Shown: one piece after another, positions 63,083 through 64,000 of the stretch
Layout of the letters: every line of letters begins with the position of its first letter
How positions within the stretch are numbered: the stretch's first letter is position 1
Source of the DNA: an uncultured Spirochaetota bacterium
GTDB taxonomy: Bacteria > Spirochaetota > UBA4802 > UBA5550
Length of the DNA stretch: 64,000 nucleotides
Direction of reading: 5' to 3'
Assembly: GCA_963827275.1 (NCBI GenBank)
Contig: CAWHAA010000002.1
Coordinates: 276,566 to 340,565 of the forward strand
Position numbers and translations under genes: made by a program
Notes under the pieces: generated by a model
Databases searched by the model: none
What the model was told of the DNA's origin: nothing
Seen by the model: the letters and a program-made list of their open reading frames with translations, nothing else

Positions 63083-64000
63083 CATGGTCAGGGGTGGCGG
63101 CGTTGGCTGGCCTCGGCCCGACTGGGGTTGGCGCTGCTCGCGCTGCTGGCACTGGCGGTAGTAGCCGGCGGCACGCTGCCCCAGTTGGGGCGGCTGTCCT
63201 CTGCGGAACTGAACACCTGGCAAACTTCCTGGCCGCTGTTCGCGCAGAGCGCTGCAATGGCTGGGCCTGTCCGGGGTTTACGCTTCGTGGTGGTTCGCCG
63301 TCCTGTGCCTGCTGCTGGTGGTGAACATGACGGCAGCCATGCTGGTGCATGGCTTGCGCATCTTCGCCTGGCTGCGAGGTGAAGCGGAACCCAGTCACCG
63401 CATGGCCGGCGCGGGACCCGCTCCATCCGCGCTCGTCCGGCAGATTGACGCGCAGCAGGGTTCCCTGCTACACCGTGTCGGACTGCTCGGCGTGCCGCTG
63501 CTGCACCTCGGGGTGATCATCCTCATCGCCGGGGCGGCGCTGAACGCTTCCGGCCGCTTTGCCGCCCATCTGGAACTGAGCGAGGGCGAGATCTTCGCCG
63601 GCCAGCCGGACAAGCTGATCGTCGAATCCGAGGGGGATCGCAGCAACCATGCGCCGGCCTTCCGCCTGCGCCTCGACCGGTTGCACGTGGCCATTGGCGA
63701 AGGCAAGCATCTGGCCGAATTGCAGGCAAAGCTCACGGTGCGCGACAATGGGGTCATTTATCATGCCGAAGTGGAGGTCAATCACCCCCTGATGCCGTCG
63801 GCCCTTATTCGGTGTACCTCGACAAGACCTTGGGCCAGACGGCGATTTTCGACCGGCTGCTGACCGACGGGCGGAAATTCCGGTTGCTGATCAATTTCCC
63901 CGTTTCCATCGCGGCCTGGGAAACCGCCGCGCCCTTGCAGCGCGGTGAGATGAGTCGAGCTCGACGGCGTGCCCATTTTTTACCGCATGGCGCTTACACC
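63083..64000 (+). CDS. Cytochrome c biogenesis ResB/Ccs1-like protein, frameshifted, runs off window
   Basis: LAS.RL.LALL...GTLPQ, LGL..VYASWWF, LLHLGVIILIAG, VNHP across frames; start uncertain. Confidence 0.7.

Overview
GC-rich bacterial chromosome segment. A Spirochaetota-like anaerobe is my inference from gene content (Maf, 7TM-DISM sensor, many lipoproteins), not something the sequence proves. 1-48.6 kb is mostly housekeeping: nadB, tatD, pyrBC, mtnP, a complete trpEGDCFBA operon with an unannotated WWW leader peptide and attenuator, a feoA-feoB fusion with a palindromic operator, rlmD, trkAH, a fluoride riboswitch ahead of a cation:proton antiporter, the NifU-like/GGGtGRT pair and an adenylate/guanylate cyclase. 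The most notable region is a ~10.4 kb segment (50557-60979) bounded by a perfect 37-bp direct repeat next to a truncated tRNA-Arg(ACG). It encodes a membrane hybrid sensor (7TM-DISM/HisKA/HATPase/REC) fused to a LytTR DNA-binding domain, then a textbook LytTR direct-repeat site. Downstream on the same strand lie an outer-membrane beta-barrel gene and three paralogous PKD/DUF1565-like, polyglycine-rich lipoproteins with hypervariable loops. Right of the tRNA fragment are an AT-rich ORF and a truncated multiheme cytochrome c plus ResB-like gene. Many single-base frameshifts, nearly all +1, look like long-read sequencing errors.
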